The notes under the pieces are model-generated. The model was not told the origin of the DNA, did not search any database, and saw only the letters and a program-made list of their open reading frames with translations. This document shows positions 54,153-63,043 of a DNA stretch of 64,000 nt, one piece after another (the first letter of the stretch is position 1; each line of letters opens with the position of its first letter). The translations under genes and the position numbers were made by a program. The stretch is taken from NCBI GenBank assembly GCA_964612685.1, contig CAZTCF010000002.1, forward strand, positions 212 through 64,211. Reading direction: 5' to 3'. This DNA is from Candidatus Woesearchaeota archaeon. Its GTDB lineage: Archaea; Nanobdellota; Nanobdellia; Pacearchaeales; GW2011-AR1.

Positions 54153-56351
54153 CTAAGAAAGAACCCCTCCAAGAACAACTGTAGAAAGTACAAATAATGC
54201 TATTGAACAAAGCAAGGCAGTGAAAAAGTAAAACAACATTCCAGTTTTTAGATTTTCTCCAATCTTTCTTGTTCTCTCAAGCTTATCCTCTCCTGAATCT
54301 ATTGTGACTAGAGTTCCTGTAAGTATAAAGATAACTTCTATTAGATATATCCCTATCGCAATCTGAAGGAAATAGGGAGGGATCATCTCATTCATCTTAA
54401 ATACCCCCTCTGGACCAAGTAAATTGGCCAAATTACCATAACTAGAAAGATCCGCCCCCTCTTCAGAGAAAGCATTAGATAAATTGTTAAGAATAGATGC
54501 AATCATCATTGCCAGCCCAATAACTATACCAGATAATAATGGTGCAAGGAAAGTCATATTACTCTTCATTTCCGAAACAATCTCCGCAAGAATATCTTTC
54601 AAACGTTCTGTTATCTTTTGAATATTTTTAACGTACTCTGAAATACTCATTAAACTGACAGCAGCAATCTTAAGCCCTTTCTTAGAAGACTCTACAAGAA
54701 CTTTCATACTTGTAGCGATTAAATCTGAAGGGTAAAAAAGAATAACCCCCCGACGAGAATCAAAAATAGCCTTTTCAACACTCATACCCATTTGCTGGAT
54801 GTTATAATTTACTCTCTTAAAAAATTCTCCAGTCACAAGTCCTTTAGAAGATTCAGCAACTTTACCAAAAACAAGCTCAGGAGGTGTCCCATCTCCTAAC
54901 CGATTACCAATCTGAAACAAAGAGTTGTTGAATTCTGATTCAAGTTGTTTAGTTCTATTTCTTTCTTCAATAATATTACTTGTACGGTCTTTGAAAGCAA
55001 TAGAAAAAAACAATGCAACCCCAAGGGGGATACACAAACTCATAATCAAGGCTACAAAGCCAAATGGGCCCACAATACCCTTCTCTGTTTCCTTAAACTC
55101 AAAAAGGCTTGTATCAAAAATTCCGCCCTCCCCTTCAAATGGGAGTAAATCGCCAATCATAGGATTGCTTGATATCCCCAAAGCATCGGGTAAAGGGGTG
55201 TATTGGAAAATTAAAGGAAGCAAACCAATAATAAACAAAGGAAGACAAATTAAAAATGCTGCAAAATATGGTTGCTTAGATTTATATTGGGGATAAAGCG
55301 GGTTTTTTTCCAAATAAGATGTTTCTCCATACCCTCCTGGCCTTAACAACATAATTTTATCCATCATAAAAAAAGCTAAAAAAGGGATTATCAGAGTATA
55401 AAGTACGAAAATATGTGTCCATTTTATCATTCCTCCCATCATTGCAGAAGCAAGAGGGATAAGAGCTATCCCTAAAACAGGCAACATTATTGCAAGCATA
55501 TAAACATTAGTCATAGGAGCTTTAACATCATGAGTAAACTTAAGCATCTTTTCATAAACCCCATCAAGAACAACTTGTATTGCTTTCTCAAGGGTGGCAA
55601 TTCTTCTAACTTTATTCGGTTCATACAAACTACTCTCAATCAAATGAAAAGATTCTATAAACTCAACAGAATAATCTCTCCATCCCTCAAGATAATTATC
55701 TAGACTTTCTTTTATCGTCGGAAACTTACCTATTGCAACATTATAAAATATCTTTTTAAAATCCAACGCTAAAGGATATTGCAAATGTTCCGAAGCAAAG
55801 GCTATTGCCTTTTCTAAATTAGGAGTATGCCTCATATAAACAACAACATAGAGTATAGCAGGAACCATCTGAGAAGAAGCCTTTAATCTCCATTTGCTAG
55901 CATATCTCGAAGGATAATTATTGAAATAATAAAACAAAAATATAGAAAGAGTTGTTATAAGAAAAAAGAATAAAGTTGGGAAAGCGCTAAATCCATACTT
56001 GTTAAAAACAGAGTAAATTACAGAAGAAATTATCCCAAAAAAGAAAACCGAAATAAAAACAACAACGCTAAAAGTAATTGCTTGCCAGGGTTCTATATTC
56101 ATATGGGAAATTTCTATATCTTTTTGCATCTTTTCTGAATCTTTCTTTGAAGGGGTTAACCTCACAACATTTCCCACTCTCCTACACCAAGTTTCATAGC
56201 CAGTCAATTCTCTTTCAGTTTCACCAATAAATTTAGAATAAGATTTACTATCTTTAACCACCCCAAGATCTGAAGTTTTTATCTCTCCCTCAATTTTACT
56301 TCCATATTTATTAAGAATTTCATCTACAGTGGGTTTTCTATAAGGTTGCAT
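54153..56351 (-). CDS. Polytopic membrane platform protein of the pilus system (GspF/TadC/FlaJ-like)
   Basis: 732 aa with more than 8 hydrophobic helices in two blocks. Sits immediately downstream of the secretion ATPase and upstream of the pilin genes. Family call is from topology and synteny only. Confidence 0.5.
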   Translation of the reverse strand: MQPYRKPTVDEILNKYGSKIEGEIKTSDLGVVKDSKSYSKFIGETERELTGYETWCRRVGNVVRLTPSKKDSEKMQKDIEISHMNIEPWQAITFSVVVFISVFFFGIISSVIYSVFNKYGFSAFPTLFFFLITTLSIFLFYYFNNYPSRYASKWRLKASSQMVPAILYVVVYMRHTPNLEKAIAFASEHLQYPLALDFKKIFYNVAIGKFPTIKESLDNYLEGWRDYSVEFIESFHLIESSLYEPNKVRRIATLEKAIQVVLDGVYEKMLKFTHDVKAPMTNVYMLAIMLPVLGIALIPLASAMMGGMIKWTHIFVLYTLIIPFLAFFMMDKIMLLRPGGYGETSYLEKNPLYPQYKSKQPYFAAFLICLPLFIIGLLPLIFQYTPLPDALGISSNPMIGDLLPFEGEGGIFDTSLFEFKETEKGIVGPFGFVALIMSLCIPLGVALFFSIAFKDRTSNIIEERNRTKQLESEFNNSLFQIGNRLGDGTPPELVFGKVAESSKGLVTGEFFKRVNYNIQQMGMSVEKAIFDSRRGVILFYPSDLIATSMKVLVESSKKGLKIAAVSLMSISEYVKNIQKITERLKDILAEIVSEMKSNMTFLAPLLSGIVIGLAMMIASILNNLSNAFSEEGADLSSYGNLANLLGPEGVFKMNEMIPPYFLQIAIGIYLIEVIFILTGTLVTIDSGEDKLERTRKIGENLKTGMLFYFFTALLCSIALFVLSTVVLGGVLS

Positions 56352-56479
56352 TTTTTCCTCTTTTTTAAAATCTTAAAAATATTACAAATTTACATTTGCT
56401 ATTTTATAATTATTCCAATAAAATAAAAAGAATTAATAAATGTTTAGAATAAACCCTAAAAACTAAATTAACTTACAAC

Positions 56480-58768
56480 TTAGATGGATTTTTTCTTAAC
56501 CTCATTATTTAACCAGCTTTGCCATACAGGAAAAACCCTCTCTCCCAATGGCAACCCCACCTCTTGAATTACCTCTTCAGATATTCTATGGAAAACATGA
56601 TTTGATAGTGTATTAAACTTTGACTCCAAAAGGGCAGGATTTCCTGATTTTTTTGATACATCCACAAGTTCTTTTTTTATTTTTGATCTTAAAAGAATAT
56701 TATCATAAACAGCATCCCAATTTCCAGCCCACCCCTTAACATTAGAAGCAACATCTTTTATTATTTCGCTATCTCCATTTATTAAATCTTCAGTAGGTTC
56801 TACTTCATCTTTACTGATATTATATTTCATTAAATCAACAAAACCCTTCTCAACCATTGGGTCTTTAGTCCAATGTTTTCTAACCTCAGAAAGTTGAATT
56901 AATCTTTTCCAGGCGTGTAATCCATCTGGAGATTTTATTGGATTACATACTACAATAGAATCTGTTGCTTTAAAACTGGTAACAGGCACACCCAAGTCAT
57001 TAACAACCCTATCAAAAACTCCATAAGGAGAAGCTCCATGAATAGTACCTGCAACAACATTCGCTAATGCGCCTACCCTCATAGCCTCATAAAGTGCTTT
57101 AGCCTCGACACTCCTTACCTCCCCAATAATAAGACAACTATCTCCCAACCTCAAACTAGTCCTTATTCCGTCGTCAGCTGAAACCTCGCTAGTTGTTTTT
57201 AAAAGTGCTGAACGAACTTTCATTCTTAAAATATCATAATTTAATTTTCTTAAAGATTCAACAGGCAATTCTAAAGAATCCTCAATAACAATTATCCTAT
57301 GCTTAGGAACAATTTCTAACATCAGACTTCCTAAAAGAGAAGTCTTACCTGAACTTCTTGTTCCAGCAACCAAAAGCGTTCTTGCTCCATCTATCAAAAA
57401 ACTAAGTAATCCTGCAGCAAAAGGATTAAGCATTTTATTATCTACAAAAAGAGGAAGAGTCCAGGGGCTTTCTCTATGTCGTCTTATTGAATATGCCAAC
57501 CCGTCACAAGAAAGAGGGGGCTGTACAATTGAAATTCTAGCTCTTAAATTTCCTATTTCCAATTGTGTATCTAAAATGGGATTAGCTTCATCAAGAGGCC
57601 TTCCAGATATCATTCTAAACTTTGCAGCCCAAGAGTCAGCATCTTCCTGGCTTGGAAGAATATTTGTAATACATTCATCATAATCTTGGTGTCTAACAAA
57701 AATTGGAGTTTGTGGGATTGGAGCATTTAAAGAAATATCCTGAAGATTCTTATCCTGAAGTAGAACTTCAACAATCCCAAAACCAATTGTATGTCTAACC
57801 AATATTGCTGCAAGCTTGTTAAGAGAAGAGTAATCTAATCTAATCCCTTTACTCTCAGACAGATCACGAATCAAATCTCTTGAAATGTTCATGAAAACTT
57901 GCCTTATCCTCTCAGTATCGGTAAACTCTTCCGCTTTTGGTTGATGTTCAATTAAAACCCCTCTTGCAAGATTTAGAAGTGAACTCTGGTCTTCACTTAA
58001 GGTGTTTTCTGGAGGAACAATATGATATATCAATTTAGATTCATCCTTCTTTTTCAAAATTGTAACAAAAGATTCGTCATGCTCTCCATTAGATATCATG
58101 TATTGTGAGATTATCTCTGCGTCATCGGGAAGATCTGAAACTAGACGAGTAAATGTAAAATTAGAGATAATATCTGCCCTAAAAAATTTGTTATAAATTT
58201 CTCTATCTCCTCTTCTATATTCTGGGGCATATTGTTGGAAATGTTGAATGAAACTTGTTTTGGAGAAAATAACCCAAATCTTATCAAGAAGAGAAAGATA
58301 ATTTTTTTGATCCGATTTAATTATCCCCTCCATCTTATCCAGAAGTATTTTTCCCTCTAAGATAATCTTCCTAAGTTGGAAATACGCTGCAAGGGGATCC
58401 TTCTTCAGCAAATACAAAAAAGAAAAAACTTCGTTATATCTTTTTGGAAAAAAATCCGGATTTGTTGTTACCAATCTTTCCTGACTTAAAACTTTTTCTT
58501 GTTTAAGAAGAGACATATAAAGTTGTGCTATCTCCAGAAGATAACCGGTTTCTCTTAAATCATAATTATAATTTTTTTGTTGAACAAAGACAATTCTTGA
58601 AACATTTGGATTTTCAATAAGAGAGTCTATTGTTCTCTCCATCACTTCAGGATAATCCACCAAATTTGGAACATATGGTGCCCCCATATAATTAACATAC
58701 AAAACATCTTCTCCTCCTTCTCTTTTTACTTCATAAGAATAAAGTGCTTCCTCTTTCTCAAATTGCAT
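56480..58768 (-). CDS. Type II/IV secretion-system ATPase (GspE/VirB11/FlaI family) with large N-terminal domain
   Basis: Walker A LLVAGTRSSGKTSLLGSL, Walker B/Asp box RIIVIEDSLELP, and His box-like IHGASPYGVFDR. Confidence 0.75.
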   Translation of the reverse strand: MQFEKEEALYSYEVKREGGEDVLYVNYMGAPYVPNLVDYPEVMERTIDSLIENPNVSRIVFVQQKNYNYDLRETGYLLEIAQLYMSLLKQEKVLSQERLVTTNPDFFPKRYNEVFSFLYLLKKDPLAAYFQLRKIILEGKILLDKMEGIIKSDQKNYLSLLDKIWVIFSKTSFIQHFQQYAPEYRRGDREIYNKFFRADIISNFTFTRLVSDLPDDAEIISQYMISNGEHDESFVTILKKKDESKLIYHIVPPENTLSEDQSSLLNLARGVLIEHQPKAEEFTDTERIRQVFMNISRDLIRDLSESKGIRLDYSSLNKLAAILVRHTIGFGIVEVLLQDKNLQDISLNAPIPQTPIFVRHQDYDECITNILPSQEDADSWAAKFRMISGRPLDEANPILDTQLEIGNLRARISIVQPPLSCDGLAYSIRRHRESPWTLPLFVDNKMLNPFAAGLLSFLIDGARTLLVAGTRSSGKTSLLGSLMLEIVPKHRIIVIEDSLELPVESLRKLNYDILRMKVRSALLKTTSEVSADDGIRTSLRLGDSCLIIGEVRSVEAKALYEAMRVGALANVVAGTIHGASPYGVFDRVVNDLGVPVTSFKATDSIVVCNPIKSPDGLHAWKRLIQLSEVRKHWTKDPMVEKGFVDLMKYNISKDEVEPTEDLINGDSEIIKDVASNVKGWAGNWDAVYDNILLRSKIKKELVDVSKKSGNPALLESKFNTLSNHVFHRISEEVIQEVGLPLGERVFPVWQSWLNNEVKKKSI

Positions 58769-58800
58769 AAAAGAAAAAATTGTTTATACTTTAAAATATT

Positions 58801-59190
58801 TTGTATAATCCAAACAAATTTAAACTAGCTTTGCATTTACCAAATATGGCTGAAGAGGAATATGAAAATCAATATTTTACAGAAACCAGCACAAAAGTAA
58901 GAGATTTGGAAGAAAAACAAAGAATAATCAAAGACAGAATTCTTTTAATTGGACAAAACTTAATAGAAATGAAAGGAGATATACAAAATACATTTTTGAC
59001 CATAAAAAAGGATCTTGAAATAATGAAAAGAGATATTGAAAGATTAAAATCTTTTTTTGAAACTGCTTCTGGAGAATTTTCAAAGTTTGCTAAAAAAGAA
59101 GAGTTAGAAATTCTTTCCAAACAAGCAAAGATGTTTCAGCCTTTAGAATTTGTAACAAGAAAGGATTTAGAAAAATTAAAAAACAACTAA
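58801..59190 (+). CDS. Coiled-coil hypothetical protein
   Basis: 129 aa, heptad-rich (DLEEKQRIIKDRILLIGQNLIEMKGDIQ...). Confidence 0.35.
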   Translation: MYNPNKFKLALHLPNMAEEEYENQYFTETSTKVRDLEEKQRIIKDRILLIGQNLIEMKGDIQNTFLTIKKDLEIMKRDIERLKSFFETASGEFSKFAKKEELEILSKQAKMFQPLEFVTRKDLEKLKNN

Positions 59191-59205
59191 AAACAACAAG
59201 ATAAA

Positions 59206-59946
59206 ATGGGAATACTAGAAGATATAAACAACATGAAAAATCAGGGAATTGAAGACAAAGATATTACTAAAAGGCTACAAGACAAAGGAGCTTCCCCGAA
59301 GGCAATTGAAGATGCGTTTAACCAATTAAGAATAAAACAGGCTGTATCTGCTGAATCCTCTTCTGGAGAAGAAGGAATGGAACCCTCAATAATGAAAGAT
59401 GTATCTAAAGAACCAATTGCCCCCACCCCTCAATTATACATTCCAAAAACACAAGAGATAGAACATGAAACCGAAGAATTTTACTCCCCCTCTCCATCCC
59501 CCCAAGTTCCCCAATTCAATGAAAATACTCAAGCCTCACAATATCAGGGATATCAAGAAGCTTATCCTCCTCAAGAGGGATATGAGGTTCAAGAAGGATA
59601 TTATGATCAGGGAGTAGGAGGAGCATATGATACAGATACAGTTATTGAAATTGCAGAACAAGTTTTCTCTGAGAAAATAAAAAGAGAACAAAAACAAATA
59701 GAGTCTCTTAATGAATTTGCAACCCTTGTTGAAGCAAGGATAACGAACGACCATGAAAGAATAAAAAGGATAGAAGAAATAATAGATAAACTCCAAGCAG
59801 CAATATTAGAAAAAATTGGTTCCTATGGAAGAAACATAGAAACAATAAAAGGAGAAATGGAAATGATGCAAGAATCCTTTGAAAAAATGGTACCTATCCT
59901 ACATGAAAAATCCGAACAAAAAAAGAGTTCAAGACAAAGAAAATAA
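59206..59946 (+). CDS. Hypothetical protein: N-terminal small domain, Pro/Gln/Tyr/Glu-rich low-complexity linker, C-terminal coiled coil
   Basis: 246 aa. Middle segment PTPQLYIPKTQEIEHETEEFYSPSPSPQVPQFNENTQASQYQGYQEAYPPQEGYEVQEGYYDQG. Confidence 0.35.
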   Translation: MGILEDINNMKNQGIEDKDITKRLQDKGASPKAIEDAFNQLRIKQAVSAESSSGEEGMEPSIMKDVSKEPIAPTPQLYIPKTQEIEHETEEFYSPSPSPQVPQFNENTQASQYQGYQEAYPPQEGYEVQEGYYDQGVGGAYDTDTVIEIAEQVFSEKIKREQKQIESLNEFATLVEARITNDHERIKRIEEIIDKLQAAILEKIGSYGRNIETIKGEMEMMQESFEKMVPILHEKSEQKKSSRQRK

Positions 59947-59987
59947 AGGATAAAATTCCTTCTATCCAATACCTAATACAATAAAAA

Positions 59988-60584
59988 TTAATTTCCAGAT
60001 AAATTTCTTAACAAGGCATTCTCAAAAGGAGGTCTATTATTCTTCTTTGTAGAAGTCATGGCCACTATTGCGATAATTATAACCGCAAAGATGATTATTG
60101 CGCTGTATCTATCCCAGAAATAAGAAAATCCTGGTCCTCCAATCCCCCATCCAAATACACTCAAGGAATTAACTATAACAGTTCCGATTATCACAAATAC
60201 AATAACTGCTAAAGCAATCATAAACCAATTTCCTTCCTTATTTGTAGGCATAAACAATCCTCCTAAAATAAGTATCACTAGTATTATTGAAAGAGCAACC
60301 CCAAATCTAGGAAATATTTCAGAAAAAAATGCGGAAACAATATTAAACTGCAAGGCCATAAAAGAAACAGCCAAAGCAATCATCACATTAATTCCTTTAT
60401 TAGGACTATCTTTCGTTGCAAAGATATTCATCTTCATAAGCAAACCAAAAACTAAAGCGAATATCAAAAGGAAAGGTAAAGCATACTGAAAAATTCCTGC
60501 AGCTTCCCATTGAGCAAATAACTCTCCGAGAGCACCTCCTCCATAAGAACTGTATGAAGCTAAAAATATCACCCCGTTCATCAT
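59988..60584 (-). CDS. Four-TM membrane protein, paralog A
   Basis: YALPFLLIFALVFGLLMKMNIFATKD aligns with FVYPFLLIFFIIFAILEKSKIFGEDK in the neighbouring ORF. Confidence 0.45.
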   Translation of the reverse strand: MMNGVIFLASYSSYGGGALGELFAQWEAAGIFQYALPFLLIFALVFGLLMKMNIFATKDSPNKGINVMIALAVSFMALQFNIVSAFFSEIFPRFGVALSIILVILILGGLFMPTNKEGNWFMIALAVIVFVIIGTVIVNSLSVFGWGIGGPGFSYFWDRYSAIIIFAVIIIAIVAMTSTKKNNRPPFENALLRNLSGN

Positions 60585-60623
60585 TTTATAAATTGTTTAA
60601 CATTATTTAAATATGTTTCGTAA

Positions 60624-61127
60624 TTATTTTTTACCCGATTTCAATGCAACAGCCAAAGCAATAGCAACCACCACAATGAATACAAAATTTGTCCAAAAGG
60701 TACTACTCCAAGAGATGTTGAAAAGATTATCCAAAAAGTTACCGACATCAATTCCTGCAGCCCAAAGAACTGCAATAGTAACAGCAACAACTATGAAAAT
60801 ACCTATAGTCCATCTTAATCCCTTAGGCATATTAGCGAATTTCAAACCCTCCTCGCCAGCTACAAATCCCCAAAGAACAAGTATTACAAACATAACAACA
60901 ACCCCGATTGTTAAAAAAAGAATAAGATTTGTGGCCATCTCCTTTGGAAAAACTGCAGTCACAAAAATAAAACCAATGACAAATGCAATCAATGCATTAA
61001 TTTGTTTTTTATCTTCCCCAAAAATCTTAGATTTCTCAAGTATTGCAAAGATTATAAAAAATATTAAAAGAAAAGGATATACAAACTTAGTTAAAACTGG
61101 ACTTTCTAAGAATGTTATTTCTGCCAT
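60624..61127 (-). CDS. Four-TM membrane protein, paralog B
   Basis: Same architecture and shared N-terminal motif as 59988..60584. The antisense 60613..61209 ORF is spurious. Confidence 0.45.
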   Translation of the reverse strand: MAEITFLESPVLTKFVYPFLLIFFIIFAILEKSKIFGEDKKQINALIAFVIGFIFVTAVFPKEMATNLILFLTIGVVVMFVILVLWGFVAGEEGLKFANMPKGLRWTIGIFIVVAVTIAVLWAAGIDVGNFLDNLFNISWSSTFWTNFVFIVVVAIALAVALKSGKK

Positions 61128-61147
61128 TACCTCTTTTACTCCTTTAT

Positions 61148-61417
61148 TTAGTCAGCAACTTCCTCAAACCCAGTGTCCTGGCTTGGTAAAGCTGATTTAC
61201 TTATTATGAAAACATCACTAATGGACTTAACAAACTGGTGAGGGATTATTACTCCTCTCGCACCACCCATCAAAGACAGGACATTCCCACCAACCCTTAT
61301 TCTCCAACCATCAATTTTATTTTCAAACAGGTTAGCTTCCTCAACTTCTCCGAAGAACTCTCCTGAATCAGTAAATACTCTTTTGCCCAAAACCTCTGAG
61401 ATTTTTTTGATTTTCAT
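61148..61417 (-). CDS. PRC-barrel domain protein
   Basis: 89 aa. LGKRVFTDSGEFFGEVEEANLFENKIDGWRI pattern typical of PRC barrels. Confidence 0.5.
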   Translation of the reverse strand: MKIKKISEVLGKRVFTDSGEFFGEVEEANLFENKIDGWRIRVGGNVLSLMGGARGVIIPHQFVKSISDVFIISKSALPSQDTGFEEVAD

Positions 61418-61536
61418 AATAGCAATTACAATACTTTATTTAAATACTTTTCCATAATAGATAGAATATTTTAAAGAAGAGGGTATTAAACTGGGGGATA
61501 CATAAGATTTATAAAAAAAAATATCCTTTAGAAAAG

Positions 61537-62190
61537 ATGGTAAATGGAAAAGAAATTGCTCATATAATTATTGTAACTATAATAACTGCTTTCGCCATCG
61601 CACTCACTAAAACTCTTGCTCTTGATTTAACATTCTTTCTATACGCTCTTTTAGGAGTTTTTATATTGCTATTAGTGAATATGTTTGTAAAAAAAGCTAC
61701 AGCATATCTTCTTGAAGCAGAAATTGAAATAAAAATCTGGGAAATAAAAAGATTTGGATTTAAAACCGGAGATTATTTCAAAAAGGCATTTCCACTTGGT
61801 GCAATAATCCCCTTGATATCAAAAATATTTTTCATAGGATTAAATGGATTTGTATGGATGGCTTCTTTAGTATTTGATGTAAAGGCGAAATCTTATCGTG
61901 CTGCAAAAAGGCATGGAATGTATTCTTTCTCTGAGATGACCGAGGAACATATTGGAAGAATAGCAGCTTCAGGAATATTCGTACACTTGATGCTTGCATT
62001 TATATTTTACTTTGTGGGAGGAGATTTCGGAACCCTGTTTGCCAAGCTCAATATCTGGTTTGCATTCTTTAATATGATTCCAATATCCGACTTAGATGGA
62101 AATAAAATATTCTTTGGTAATCTGGTATTATGGAGTTTCCTAGCAATTGTAACCCTAATTGGATTGGGATATACTTTCTTTTTGATTTGA
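61537..62190 (+). CDS. Polytopic membrane protein with M50/S2P-like NxxPxxxLDG motif (possible intramembrane metalloprotease-like)
   Basis: FFNMIPISDLDG in a late hydrophobic segment, and EEHIGR upstream (also E-E-x-x-x-R as in CPBP motif 1). No canonical HExxH. Confidence 0.3.
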   Translation: MVNGKEIAHIIIVTIITAFAIALTKTLALDLTFFLYALLGVFILLLVNMFVKKATAYLLEAEIEIKIWEIKRFGFKTGDYFKKAFPLGAIIPLISKIFFIGLNGFVWMASLVFDVKAKSYRAAKRHGMYSFSEMTEEHIGRIAASGIFVHLMLAFIFYFVGGDFGTLFAKLNIWFAFFNMIPISDLDGNKIFFGNLVLWSFLAIVTLIGLGYTFFLI

Positions 62191-63042
62191 TTGTCCGTTA
62201 AGATATCCTTTTTGCCTTTTTTTTAAAACAATCTTTTTGATCCCTTCAAAGAGAATTATTAAAATTATCAATCCTCCTAAAATACAAATCATATATAAGA
62301 TTATTTTATTCAAAGAATCTCCATTCAAAGATGATTTAATAAATCCTGAATTGTCTTTTACAACAAACCCTTCCGTTGCCAAATTCGCATAGTCAATATC
62401 AACATTTTTATTTATTACTCGAAATTGTTTTCCTGAATATACTTCTTTATAACCCTCCTTAGAAGCACTAACATTTAAAGAATAAGTCCCAATTTTTTCG
62501 GCTTTGAATGAATAAGGTAAATTAATTTCATCTTTAGTGCCATCGGGATAAATCAAAAAGGTTTTCAAAATAGGATTCTCTACTTCAGAATAATAATCTA
62601 AAATAATTTCTTCTCCCTTAACAAAAACCTTTTTATCTAAAATCACATCAAAATCAAATGAAGAAGTAGTAACGATTGTAAATGGTTTGGATACCACCTT
62701 CTTTACTGGCTCAAAAACAACAACTGAGGCTATGCATTCCTGTGGCCAAATATCCTCCGTTACTTTAAGGTAATTATATCTTCCCTTGACATTTACTCCC
62801 AAATTAACAAATGCGGATTTTGGATTTAACATTGCATGTGGGGCGGTTGGACAATCAACAACCTCCATATAATCAATTGTCTGCCCAAAATCAGAATCTA
62901 TTGTATAATTGAACTGAATTGTATCTCCTGTAAAGAATTCTGGTTCTATATAAATATCAATATCTATTATAGCATATACTTGTGAAAGACAAGCTAAAAA
63001 AATCAAAACAAAAAACAAAACAAAAAATTTATTTGATTTCAT
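62155..63042 (-). CDS. Secreted protein with signal peptide and C-terminal TM anchor
   Basis: MKSNKFFVLFFVLIFLACLSQVYA signal. C-terminal LNKIILYMICILGGLIILIILFEG. Confidence 0.45.
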   Translation of the reverse strand: MKSNKFFVLFFVLIFLACLSQVYAIIDIDIYIEPEFFTGDTIQFNYTIDSDFGQTIDYMEVVDCPTAPHAMLNPKSAFVNLGVNVKGRYNYLKVTEDIWPQECIASVVVFEPVKKVVSKPFTIVTTSSFDFDVILDKKVFVKGEEIILDYYSEVENPILKTFLIYPDGTKDEINLPYSFKAEKIGTYSLNVSASKEGYKEVYSGKQFRVINKNVDIDYANLATEGFVVKDNSGFIKSSLNGDSLNKIILYMICILGGLIILIILFEGIKKIVLKKRQKGYLNGQSNQKESISQSN

Positions 63043-63043
63043 T

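Noticed and set aside
60613-61209. 198-aa + strand ORF
   Set aside because: Antisense to the hydrophobic 4-TM gene 60624..61127. Composition mirrors the TM coding strand
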